DNA of 28,028 nucleotides from Escherichia coli (GTDB lineage Bacteria; Pseudomonadota; Gammaproteobacteria; Enterobacterales; Enterobacteriaceae): NCBI RefSeq assembly GCF_003334335.1, contig NZ_QOWQ01000050.1; one strand, 5' to 3'. Shown piece by piece: positions 9,396 to 18,076 of this stretch (position 1 is its first letter; each line of letters starts with the position of its first letter). The notes under the pieces were generated by a model. It saw only the letters and a program-made list of their open reading frames with translations, ran no database searches and was not told where the DNA came from. The position numbers and the translations under genes were made by a program.

Positions 9396-10319
9396 ATGAA
9401 TAAAGATAAATCTTTAAATGAAATGATGTTAAGCTTGTTTAATAAATCAACTATTGTTGACTTGTCAAGTGAGACAATATCTGAGAGTAAATCTCTTTCA
9501 GGCCGTATTTATCAGGATCCTGAACATAACGGGGAATTTGAACTTGATCGTGTATTGACAGATATTTATGCTCCTCAGTTAATTATTTTTTTACCAGATA
9601 AACCAAATGGAACAGGAATATTGATTATTCCCGGGGGGGGCTACCAGGCTGTTATGTTAGATAAGGAAGGTACAGCTCTTGCTCCAGAGTTTTTATCTCA
9701 GGGCTATACATTATTTGTTCTTAGTTACAGATTACCATCGCCAGCTGAGGAAGAAAATATAAACAAAACTTTTATTGATGCAATATCTGCAATGCTTTAT
9801 ATTCGTAAGAATGCTGATAAATGGCATCTACAGCGTCATCGTATTGGTGTATTAGGATTTTCTGCTGGGGGGCATATCGCCTCAACGTTTGTGAATCAGA
9901 TTTGTGATTTCAAACGTTCTTCTGACAGTAAAGAACAAGAGATTTTCGCTATTCCCGATTTTGTCGGGTTAATTTATCCTGTAATATCAATGAAAGATGA
10001 TGTGACACATCCAGGCTCCAGGAAGCAATTACTGGGGGATAATAGTACCTCAGAAAATATAATACAATATAGTGCGGATCTTAATGTCACATCATGTTTT
10101 CCTCCTGTGTTTTTACTCCATTGTTGTGATGATGATCTTGTGTCAATTGAAAACAGTCTGCTCATGTACCGTGGCCTAATAGAGAAAGGCGTTTCTGCTG
10201 AAATGCATCTCTATGAGAAAGGAGGGCATGGTTTTAGTATTCAGTGGGCCACAGATCTTCCTGTTGGAGGATGGATAAAACTGTTTATGGACTGGATGTA
10301 TTCTCATGGATTTAAATAA
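9396..10319 (+). CDS. alpha/beta-hydrolase fold esterase, paralogue of est1 (est2)
   Basis: ORF in frame from 9384; ATG at 9396 has GGGG 5 nt upstream. Shares with est1 the motifs IIPGGGY, VLSYRLPS (est1 ILSYRMPS), GFSAGGH, PPVFLLHCCDDDLV (est1 PPVFIVHATDDKDV), KGGHGF. No signal peptide. Confidence 0.7.
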   Translation: MNKDKSLNEMMLSLFNKSTIVDLSSETISESKSLSGRIYQDPEHNGEFELDRVLTDIYAPQLIIFLPDKPNGTGILIIPGGGYQAVMLDKEGTALAPEFLSQGYTLFVLSYRLPSPAEEENINKTFIDAISAMLYIRKNADKWHLQRHRIGVLGFSAGGHIASTFVNQICDFKRSSDSKEQEIFAIPDFVGLIYPVISMKDDVTHPGSRKQLLGDNSTSENIIQYSADLNVTSCFPPVFLLHCCDDDLVSIENSLLMYRGLIEKGVSAEMHLYEKGGHGFSIQWATDLPVGGWIKLFMDWMYSHGFK

Positions 10320-10354
10320 TATTTATGGTGACTACCTGGTGAAGCGTCGAGTAA

Positions 10355-11089
10355 CTATGATGCTTCAATTCGTTTATAAAGGTGATTATACATTAGCTGT
10401 TCAGCTTTATCACAATCATGCTCTTTTATGGCCGTAAGTATTTCAATATGCTGCTGATGGGTTTTTTTGTTATTTTCATATGTCATTTTATTCTTTTCCA
10501 GAGGTTTGGCCATTATCAGCCATTCAGAAAATGCTGAGTGTATTGTTTTTAATACTTTATTGTCAGGTATATCAGCAAGTATACTATGAAATTCAATATC
10601 ATATTGAGCATACACTTCGGGGGTTCTCAGTGAGTTATGATGGATACTGAGCACCTTCTCAAGCCTGTGAATATCCTCAGGCGTTGCATTTTTTGCTGCA
10701 TATCTTACAAGGTTGGTTTCAAAAAAGATGCGTAGTCTTTCAAAATCCTTGATGCCATCAGCTGTAGATAAAAAATCTTTAACAATGCCTGATAACCCAT
10801 TAATGATGGTTTCTGGTGATGGACGGCAGACACTGGCTTTTTCTCCCTTGTTATACCGGATTAGCCCTTTATGTCTGAGAGATGATAAAGCCTCTCTGAC
10901 AGATGGTCTTCCAACGCCAAAGAATGCCATAAGTTCACGTTCAGAAGGCAGGTATTCACCTTCCCTTATCTCCTCCTGGCGGATCATTCTTTCAAGCTCT
11001 TCGGCAACGATTTCTGAAAGTTTTTTTGTAACAATGGGCTTTCTGGTCGTTGTTAGCCCGGGTAACACGGTTTTTTTGTTGTCGGACAT
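10355..11089 (-). CDS. nanR: GntR/FadR-family transcriptional regulator, NanR-like
   Basis: 244-aa ORF. N-terminal wHTH region nearly identical in pattern to E. coli NanR as recalled (KKLSE.V.EELE.MIR..E..EGE.LPSERELMAFF.VGRPSVREAL..L..KGL), followed by an FCD-type domain (LSG..KDFLS...GI..FE.LR.FFE..LVRYAA). Divergent from the nanS-like gene. Confidence 0.8.
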   Translation of the reverse strand: MSDNKKTVLPGLTTTRKPIVTKKLSEIVAEELERMIRQEEIREGEYLPSERELMAFFGVGRPSVREALSSLRHKGLIRYNKGEKASVCRPSPETIINGLSGIVKDFLSTADGIKDFERLRIFFETNLVRYAAKNATPEDIHRLEKVLSIHHNSLRTPEVYAQYDIEFHSILADIPDNKVLKTIHSAFSEWLIMAKPLEKNKMTYENNKKTHQQHIEILTAIKEHDCDKAEQLMYNHLYKRIEAS

Positions 11090-11185
11090 ATATTGATTTA
11101 TATGGATTAGAGCAAATGAGTTTTTAATTTAACACTTTCTTTTAATAATGAAAATATTTAATTAAATCTATTATGTAAAGGGGGA

Positions 11186-12175
11186 ATGATGTATCATCAT
11201 GATTTTAATGAAAAAATAGGTTTCTGGTATGTGATAGCCCTCGCAGGACAGTCTAATGGTATGGCCTACGGTGAAGGTATTCCCCTGCCAGATACACTCG
11301 ACAAACCCGAGTCCCGTGTAAAACAACTGGCTCGTCGAAAAACAATCACACCAGGAGGAAAAGAGTGTAAATTCAATGAGATTATTCCGGCAGATCACTG
11401 CCTGCATGATGTTCAGGATATGAGTGGATATCACCATCCGGCTGCTGATTTGCATAAAGGGGAATATGGTTGTGTCGGACAGGGATTGCATATAGCTAAA
11501 AAGTTACTGCCATACATACCTGAGCAAGCAGGGATATTACTGGTTCCTTGTTGCAGAGGAGGTGCCGCCTTTACTGTTGGAGCTGAAGGTATGTATGTAC
11601 CTGATACAGGGGCAACAGCTGATGCAATGCGGTGGGGCACCGGAACAGCACTCTATGAGGACTTAGTAGCCCGGGTTAAGGTAGCTCTGGAATATAACAG
11701 AAAGAATAAACTGCTATCTGTCTGCTGGATGCAGGGGGAGTTTGATCTTATGTCACCAGATTATGAAAAGCATCCTGACTTGTTTTATCAGATGGTAACT
11801 TCTTTCAGGTCTGAGTTATCTGAATACTCATCTCAGTGTGTTGGTAATTCGTCAGAAAGAGTTCCATGGTTGTGTGGTGATACAACCTGGTACTGGAAGG
11901 AATCTTATCAAAAAGAATATGATTTTATATATGGACATTACAGACAACGGACTGATGATGAAATACATTTTCTCAGCTTTCAGGATAGTAACCGACATGA
12001 ATTAACTAATGAGCCAGAAGAAGATGCCGATGATTTATCTGTCGGGTATCTGGGGTCATCATGGAGGACAGAATTAAGCTGGACAACGTCACAGAGAAGT
12101 ACACATTTTAATTCAATGGCCAGAAGGGGAGTTATTGCTGAATGTTATGCGCAAAAAATAAGAAATTATTTGTAG
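11186..12175 (+). CDS. nanS: SGNH/SASA-family sialate O-acetylesterase, NanS (YjhS)-like
   Basis: 329-aa ORF. GQSN nucleophile motif (ALAGQSNGMAYGEG.PLPD) and long colinear blocks matching E. coli NanS as recalled (HDVQDM.GYHHP, YG.VGQ.LHIA.KLLP.IP..AGIL.VPCCRGG.AFT, CWMQGEFDLM, CGDTTWYWKE). RBS aggggga. Confidence 0.8.
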   Translation: MMYHHDFNEKIGFWYVIALAGQSNGMAYGEGIPLPDTLDKPESRVKQLARRKTITPGGKECKFNEIIPADHCLHDVQDMSGYHHPAADLHKGEYGCVGQGLHIAKKLLPYIPEQAGILLVPCCRGGAAFTVGAEGMYVPDTGATADAMRWGTGTALYEDLVARVKVALEYNRKNKLLSVCWMQGEFDLMSPDYEKHPDLFYQMVTSFRSELSEYSSQCVGNSSERVPWLCGDTTWYWKESYQKEYDFIYGHYRQRTDDEIHFLSFQDSNRHELTNEPEEDADDLSVGYLGSSWRTELSWTTSQRSTHFNSMARRGVIAECYAQKIRNYL

Positions 12176-12332
12176 ACAAGTTCAGGATATATCTACAGCT
12201 CTGACATGATTCTCTGAGAGACATGACGGAGTGGCGGGGCAGCAAGCCAGAACACTGCCTGACATGCTTTCATCAGACGCAGGTCCTCTCTCATATCCTC
12301 TGATTTACTCCAGTAAGGTGATGATCATATCT

Positions 12333-13526
12333 TTATTTGATAGTACGGTAATGCCAGATAAATACAGACACAATGGTAAATAATATAGTTGCAAATAATG
12401 CTGCCATAATCAGCGCGATTGCGACACCTGTTTTCGATACCAGCGGCACCAGCAAAGCGCACAGTCCATAGCCAAGTGTGTGACTGGTAGCGAGCCAGCC
12501 CGCGCCTGCGCCATCAGCCAGCTTATCATTCAGTAGAAGTTGATAAGCGGGTGTTGCCAGAGCTGCTCCAAATGACAGCACTGCACAGCCCGGGTAAAAC
12601 AACCATAGCTGTTCGGAGAGCATGATAGCCAGACCACCACTCATCAACACTCCGGCACTCAGGAGCAGGGCCACCGGAGTCAGGCGCTGCGGACGGAGTA
12701 CCCCGAACTGCGCGATAAGCGCAGCTACTGCGGACAGACCCAACAGCCAGGCCACCTGTTGGCTAATGGCGGTGGTATCCGTGGCGAACTGGCGAGTAAG
12801 GGCAGGCGAAAGTCCAAGCTGCATCATGCTCACCGCCGCAGCCAGTAATATTGCGCAAAGCAGATAAGGCAGACAATCCCGCTTCAGACTGACGCTCTTG
12901 CACTCCGGTGTGGGCTGTGGTGGTGTGCCGGGCAACCGCAGCAGCATCAGCAGCGCCAGCACTGGGGCTGCCATCAGCAGCCCCAGTGGCGCCAGAGGAT
13001 GAATGGCCAGCATTGCTGCCGCGCACAGCGGCCCGAATAGCCTGCCGCAACTCAGGCCGGAGCTGATGGTTGCCAGAGCGGCCATGCGATTCCCTTCTCC
13101 AGCTCTCTGCAATGCCCAGACCTGACAGGCTGGCACCATTGCCGACACGGTCAGCCCGTAGGCGATCCGGGCGATGATTAATATTCCCAGTCCCACCGCT
13201 GTTGTTATGGCGCTGGTAGCCATCAGCACGCTTCCCAGCCCTAGCAGGGTAAAGCTTATGCCATATCCTCCCAGAGCCCACAACACCACAGGTTTACTGC
13301 CAGTACGGGAAATTTGCTTTCCCCACCACGGGGACGATGGCAGAAACAGCATTGAGCCAAGCATCAGCAGGGCAGCCCATACAGACAGACTCAGATTTGT
13401 CTGTATGACCAGAACAGGGAGCACAACCAGCAGACCGTTCTGTCCGATACCGAGAAGCCCAGCACTGAACGCAAGTGGCCAGCAGGACAGTGGTTTTTGG
13501 GGCGTATCTTCGATCCCTGGTGACAT
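12333..13526 (-). CDS. shiF: MFS transporter ShiF, encoded divergently from the aerobactin operon
   Basis: 397-aa ORF with about 12 hydrophobic segments, immediately upstream of and divergent from iucA. This position and type match shiF of SHI-2-type aerobactin islands as recalled. Confidence 0.8.
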   Translation of the reverse strand: MSPGIEDTPQKPLSCWPLAFSAGLLGIGQNGLLVVLPVLVIQTNLSLSVWAALLMLGSMLFLPSSPWWGKQISRTGSKPVVLWALGGYGISFTLLGLGSVLMATSAITTAVGLGILIIARIAYGLTVSAMVPACQVWALQRAGEGNRMAALATISSGLSCGRLFGPLCAAAMLAIHPLAPLGLLMAAPVLALLMLLRLPGTPPQPTPECKSVSLKRDCLPYLLCAILLAAAVSMMQLGLSPALTRQFATDTTAISQQVAWLLGLSAVAALIAQFGVLRPQRLTPVALLLSAGVLMSGGLAIMLSEQLWLFYPGCAVLSFGAALATPAYQLLLNDKLADGAGAGWLATSHTLGYGLCALLVPLVSKTGVAIALIMAALFATILFTIVSVFIWHYRTIK

Positions 13527-13600
13527 TATAATGTTTCAACTCCATGTATTAATTGTGTTTATTTGTAAAATTAATTTATCTGACAATAACATTTATTGTT

Positions 13601-13619
13601 GATAATGAGAATCATTATT
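13601..13619 (+). promoter_or_regulatory. Fur box (iron box) of the aerobactin promoter, within the shiF-iucA divergent intergenic region
   Basis: gataatgagaatcattatt matches the 19-bp Fur consensus GATAATGATAATCATTATC at 16 of 19 positions. It overlaps candidate sigma-70 elements TTGATA (13599-13604) and CATAAT (13622-13627), 17-bp spacer. Confidence 0.85.
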
Positions 13620-13661
13620 GACATAATTGTTATTATTTTACTGTGTGGGAGCTGTTTGACT

Positions 13662-15386
13662 ATGACCCTGCCCTCTGAAAAACCAGCCACAGATGTGGCT
13701 GCGCAGTGCTTCCTGAATGCACTGATTCGTGAAACCACAGACTGGAAACTGACAGAATACCCGCCAGACGAATTGCTCATCCCGCTGGATGAGCAGAAAT
13801 CGCTCCATTTCAGAGTGGCTTATTTCTCCCCAACCCAGCATCACCGCTTTGCATTTCCTGCACGTCTGGTCACGGCATCAGGCAGTTATCCTGTCGACTT
13901 TACCACTCTCTCCCGGCTTATTATTGATAAGCTACGCCATCAACTGTTTCTGCCCGTTCCCCTCTGCGAAACTTTCCACCAGCGCGTGCTGGAAAGCCAT
14001 GTCCATACGCAACAGGCAATTGATGCCCGTCATGACTGGGCCGCTCTGCGTGAAAAAGCGTTGAATTTTGGCGAGGCTGAGCAGGCGCTGCTGACAGGAC
14101 ACGCTTTCCACCCTGCGCCTAAGTCTCATGAACCGTTTAACCGGCGGGAGGCTGAACGCTACCTGCCTGATATGGCACCCCACTTCCCACTGCGGTGGTT
14201 TTCGGTGGATAAAACGCAAATCGCCGGTGAAAGTTTGCATCTCAACCTTCAACAGCGGCTGACGCGATTTGCCGCAGAGAATGCGCCTCAGTTACTCAAC
14301 GAATTAAGTGACAACCAATGGCTGTTCCCGTTGCACCCGTGGCAGGGGGAATATCTTTTGCAGCAGGGGTGGTGCCAGGCACTTGTTGCTAAAGGGCTGA
14401 TTAAAGACTTAGGTGAGGCCGGCACGTCGTGGCTGCCGACCACCTCTTCCCGTTCCCTCTACTGTGCCACCAGCCGCGATATGATCAAGTTCTCCCTGAG
14501 CGTACGGCTGACCAACTCCATCCGTACTCTGTCCGTGAAAGAAGTGAAGCGTGGGATGCGCCTGGCACGCCTGGCTCAAACCGACGGCTGGCAGATGCTA
14601 CAGGTCCGCTTCCCGACTTTCCGGGTAATGCAGGAGGATGGCTGGGCCGGGCTGCTCGATCTTAACGGCAACATCATGCAGGAAAGTCTGTTTGCCCTGC
14701 GTGAAAATCTGCTGGTGGATCAGCCGAAAAGCCAGACTAACGTACTGGTCTCCCTGACTCAGGCCGCACCTGATGGCGGTGATTCGCTGCTGGTTTCGGC
14801 GGTAAAACGCCTGAGCGATCGCCTCGGTATCACTGTGCAACAGGCCGCCCATGCATGGGTCGATGCATACTGTCAGCAAGTGCTAAAGCCGCTGTTTACG
14901 GCTGAAGCGGATTACGGCCTGGTGCTGCTGGCGCATCAGCAAAATATTCTTGTCCAGATGCTTGGGGATCTGCCGGTCGGATTTATTTACCGTGACTGTC
15001 AGGGCAGCGCTTTTATGCCTCACGCGACAGACTGGCTCGATTCTATTGGCGAGGCGCAGGCGGAAAATATTTTCACCCATGAGCAGTTGCTGCGCTATTT
15101 CCCTTATTACCTGCTGGTTAACTCCACTTTTGCTGTGACCGCTGCGCTGGGGGCTGCCGGGCTGGACAGCGAATCGAATCTGATGGCTCGTGTACGAGCA
15201 TCGCTGGCTGAAGTGCGTGATCAGGTGACTCATAAAACCTGTCTCAACTACGTGCTGGAAAGTCCGTACTGGAACGTAAAAGGTAACTTTTTCTGTTATC
15301 TGAACGATCATAACGAGAACACCATTGTTGACCCTTCGGTGATCTATTTCGATTTCGCTAACCCGCTGCAGGCTCAGGAGGTCTGA
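13662..15386 (+). CDS. iucA: aerobactin synthetase subunit IucA
   Basis: Frame open from 13596, but MTLPSEKPATDVAAQCFLNALIRE begins at the ATG at 13662 (RBS gggag 10 nt upstream). The upstream extension would translate through the Fur box and promoter. Sequence is recognisably IucA (IucA/IucC family). Confidence 0.93.
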   Translation: MTLPSEKPATDVAAQCFLNALIRETTDWKLTEYPPDELLIPLDEQKSLHFRVAYFSPTQHHRFAFPARLVTASGSYPVDFTTLSRLIIDKLRHQLFLPVPLCETFHQRVLESHVHTQQAIDARHDWAALREKALNFGEAEQALLTGHAFHPAPKSHEPFNRREAERYLPDMAPHFPLRWFSVDKTQIAGESLHLNLQQRLTRFAAENAPQLLNELSDNQWLFPLHPWQGEYLLQQGWCQALVAKGLIKDLGEAGTSWLPTTSSRSLYCATSRDMIKFSLSVRLTNSIRTLSVKEVKRGMRLARLAQTDGWQMLQVRFPTFRVMQEDGWAGLLDLNGNIMQESLFALRENLLVDQPKSQTNVLVSLTQAAPDGGDSLLVSAVKRLSDRLGITVQQAAHAWVDAYCQQVLKPLFTAEADYGLVLLAHQQNILVQMLGDLPVGFIYRDCQGSAFMPHATDWLDSIGEAQAENIFTHEQLLRYFPYYLLVNSTFAVTAALGAAGLDSESNLMARVRASLAEVRDQVTHKTCLNYVLESPYWNVKGNFFCYLNDHNENTIVDPSVIYFDFANPLQAQEV

Positions 15387-16334
15387 ATGTCTGAGGCAAA
15401 CATTATTCACAGCAGATATGGACTGCGCTGTGAAAAACTCGACAAGCCCCTGAATCTTGGCTGGGGACTGGACAATAGCGCGGTGTTGCACTGTTCCGGG
15501 GAACTGCCGACAGGGTGGCTGTGCGATGCGCTGGATCAGATATTTATCGCCGCACCACAACTGTCAGCAGTGGCTCTCCCCTGGGCCGAATGGCGTGAGG
15601 AGCCACAGGCGCTGACGCTTTTTGGGCAGGTAAAAAGCGACATTATCCATCGTACTGCCTTCTGGCAGTTACCGTTATGGTTGAGTTCACCGGCAAACCG
15701 GGCCTCCGGTGAAATGGTTTTTGATGCAGAGCGTGAGATTTATTTCCCGCAGCGCCCACCCCGTCCACAGGGTGAGGTTTACCGCCGTTACGATCCACGT
15801 ATTCGCAGGATGCTGAGTTTCCGCATTGCCGATCCCGTTTCTGATGCAGAACGTTTCACCCGCTGGATGAATGATCCGCGCGTTGAGTATTTCTGGGAGC
15901 AAAGTGGCTCACTGGAGGTACAGACCGCCTATCTGGAGCGCCAGCTCACCGGTAAACATGCATTCCCGCTGATTGGGTGCTTCGACGATCGGCCATTCAG
16001 CTATTTCGAAATCTACTGGGCGGCGGAAGACCGCATTGGTCGTCACTATTCGTGGCAGCCCTTTGACCGTGGCCTGCATCTGCTGGTTGGTGAACAGCAA
16101 TGGCGCGGGGCCCACTATGTGCAAAGCTGGCTGCGCGGGCTGACACATTACCTGCTGCTGGATGAGCCCCGTACGCAGCGCACAGTACTGGAGCCACGCA
16201 CCGATAACCAGCGCCTGTTCCGCCATCTTGAGCCTGCGGGATACCGGACAATTAAAGAGTTCGACTTCCCACATAAGCGCTCGCGCATGGTGATGGCGGA
16301 TCGTCATCACTTCTTCACGGAGGTCGGTCTGTAA
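15387..16334 (+). CDS. iucB: N6-hydroxylysine O-acetyltransferase IucB
   Basis: 315-aa ORF; ATG directly abuts the iucA stop (TGAATG), consistent with translational coupling. Confidence 0.93.
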   Translation: MSEANIIHSRYGLRCEKLDKPLNLGWGLDNSAVLHCSGELPTGWLCDALDQIFIAAPQLSAVALPWAEWREEPQALTLFGQVKSDIIHRTAFWQLPLWLSSPANRASGEMVFDAEREIYFPQRPPRPQGEVYRRYDPRIRRMLSFRIADPVSDAERFTRWMNDPRVEYFWEQSGSLEVQTAYLERQLTGKHAFPLIGCFDDRPFSYFEIYWAAEDRIGRHYSWQPFDRGLHLLVGEQQWRGAHYVQSWLRGLTHYLLLDEPRTQRTVLEPRTDNQRLFRHLEPAGYRTIKEFDFPHKRSRMVMADRHHFFTEVGL

Positions 16335-18076
16335 TGAATCACAAGGACTGGGATTTTGTTAACCGTCGGCTGGTGGCAAAAATGTTGTCTGAGATGGAGT
16401 ATGAGCAGGTTTTCCACGCGGAATCTCAGGGCGATGACCACTACTGCATTAACCTGCCGGGAGCACAATGGCGCTTCATCGCTGAACGTGGTATCTGGGG
16501 CTGGCTGTGGATTGATGCCCAAACGTTGCGCTGCACGGACGAACCAGTACTGGCGCAGACGCTGCTGATGCAGCTAAAGCCGGTGCTGTCAATGAGTGAT
16601 GCCACTGTTGCAGAGCATATGCAGGATTTGTATGCCACGCTACTGGGCGACCTGCAACTGCTGAAGGCCCGTCGCGGACTGAGTGCCAGTGACCTGATTA
16701 ATCTTGATGCCGATCGTCTGCAATGCCTGCTGAGCGGTCATCCTAAATTCGTTTTTAATAAAGGTCGCCGTGGCTGGGGCAAAGAGGCGCTGGAACGATA
16801 TGCGCCAGAGTATACCAACACCTTCAGACTGCACTGGCTGGCGGTAAAACGTGAACATATGATCTGGCGCTGCGATAACGATCTGGATATTCAGCAGTTG
16901 TTGACTGCCGCAATGGATCCGCAGGAGTTTACACGCTTCAGTCAGGTCTGGCAGGAAAACGGGCTGGATCACAACTGGCTGCCGCTGCCGGTACATCCGT
17001 GGCAGTGGCAGCAAAAAATCGCCACAGACTTCATCGCTGATTTTGCCGAAGGCAGGATGGTGTCTCTCGGCGAGTTTGGCGACCAGTGGCTCGCCCAGCA
17101 GTCGCTGCGTACCCTGACCAACGCCAGCCGCCGGGGAGGGCTGGATATCAAGCTGCCGCTGACCATCTACAACACCTCATGCTACCGGGGGATCCCTGGC
17201 AGATATATCGCTGCCGGACCACTGGCTTCACGCTGGCTGCAACAGGTTTTTGCGACCGACGCCACCCTGGTGCAAAGCGGCGCAGTGATCCTTGGTGAAC
17301 CGGCTGCAGGCTATGTGTCCCATGAAGGCTATGCCGCGCTTGCCCGGGCTCCCTATCGCTACCAGGAAATGCTTGGTGTTATCTGGCGGGAGAATCCGTG
17401 CCGCTGGCTGAAACCGGATGAAAGTCCTGTTCTGATGGCAACACTGATGGAGTGCGACGAAAACAATCAGCCGCTGGCAGGCGCATATATCGACCGCTCC
17501 GGACTGGACGCTGAAACCTGGCTTACGCAATTGTTCCGGGTGGTTGTGGTTCCGCTGTATCACCTGCTTTGCCGCTACGGTGTCGCGCTTATTGCACACG
17601 GACAAAATATAACGCTCGCCATGAAAGAGGGGGTACCACAGCGTGTTCTGCTGAAAGACTTCCAGGGCGATATGCGGCTGGTGAAAGAAGCGTTTCCCGA
17701 AATGGACTCTTTGCCTCAGGAGGTGCGTGATGTCACATCCCGTCTGAGTGCGGACTACTTAATCCATGATTTGCAGACGGGCCACTTCGTGACAGTACTG
17801 CGTTTTATTTCGCCACTGATGGTTCGTCTTGGCGTACCTGAAAGGCGATTTTATCAACTGCTGGCAGCAGTGTTGAGTGATTACATGAACAAACATCCAC
17901 AAATGGCAGAGCGTTTTGCGCTTTTCTCACTCTTCAGGCCACAAATCATTCGCGTGGTGCTGAACCCGGTAAAACTGACCTGGCCGGACCTGGATGGCGG
18001 CAGTCGCATGCTGCCGAATTACCTTGAGAATCTGCAAAATCCGCTGTGGCTGGTAACTCAGGAATATGAATCATGA
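16334..18076 (+). CDS. iucC: aerobactin synthetase subunit IucC
   Basis: 580-aa ORF; start overlaps the iucB stop (TAATG). IucA/IucC-family siderophore synthetase. Confidence 0.93.
   Translation: MNHKDWDFVNRRLVAKMLSEMEYEQVFHAESQGDDHYCINLPGAQWRFIAERGIWGWLWIDAQTLRCTDEPVLAQTLLMQLKPVLSMSDATVAEHMQDLYATLLGDLQLLKARRGLSASDLINLDADRLQCLLSGHPKFVFNKGRRGWGKEALERYAPEYTNTFRLHWLAVKREHMIWRCDNDLDIQQLLTAAMDPQEFTRFSQVWQENGLDHNWLPLPVHPWQWQQKIATDFIADFAEGRMVSLGEFGDQWLAQQSLRTLTNASRRGGLDIKLPLTIYNTSCYRGIPGRYIAAGPLASRWLQQVFATDATLVQSGAVILGEPAAGYVSHEGYAALARAPYRYQEMLGVIWRENPCRWLKPDESPVLMATLMECDENNQPLAGAYIDRSGLDAETWLTQLFRVVVVPLYHLLCRYGVALIAHGQNITLAMKEGVPQRVLLKDFQGDMRLVKEAFPEMDSLPQEVRDVTSRLSADYLIHDLQTGHFVTVLRFISPLMVRLGVPERRFYQLLAAVLSDYMNKHPQMAERFALFSLFRPQIIRVVLNPVKLTWPDLDGGSRMLPNYLENLQNPLWLVTQEYES

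Noticed and set aside
13596-13661. N-terminal extension of iucA suggested by the six-frame ORF (start at 13596, MLIMRIIIDIIVIILLCGSC...)
   Set aside because: The extension would be translated from within the Fur box and promoter and encodes a low-complexity peptide. The ATG at 13662 has an RBS and gives a sensible IucA N-terminus.
14883-15560. 225-aa minus-strand ORF antisense to iucA; similar antisense ORFs at 15909-16310, 19740-20291 and 20625-21269
   Set aside because: Long antisense ORFs are expected by chance opposite GC-rich coding sequence. They lack start context and overlap well-supported genes completely.
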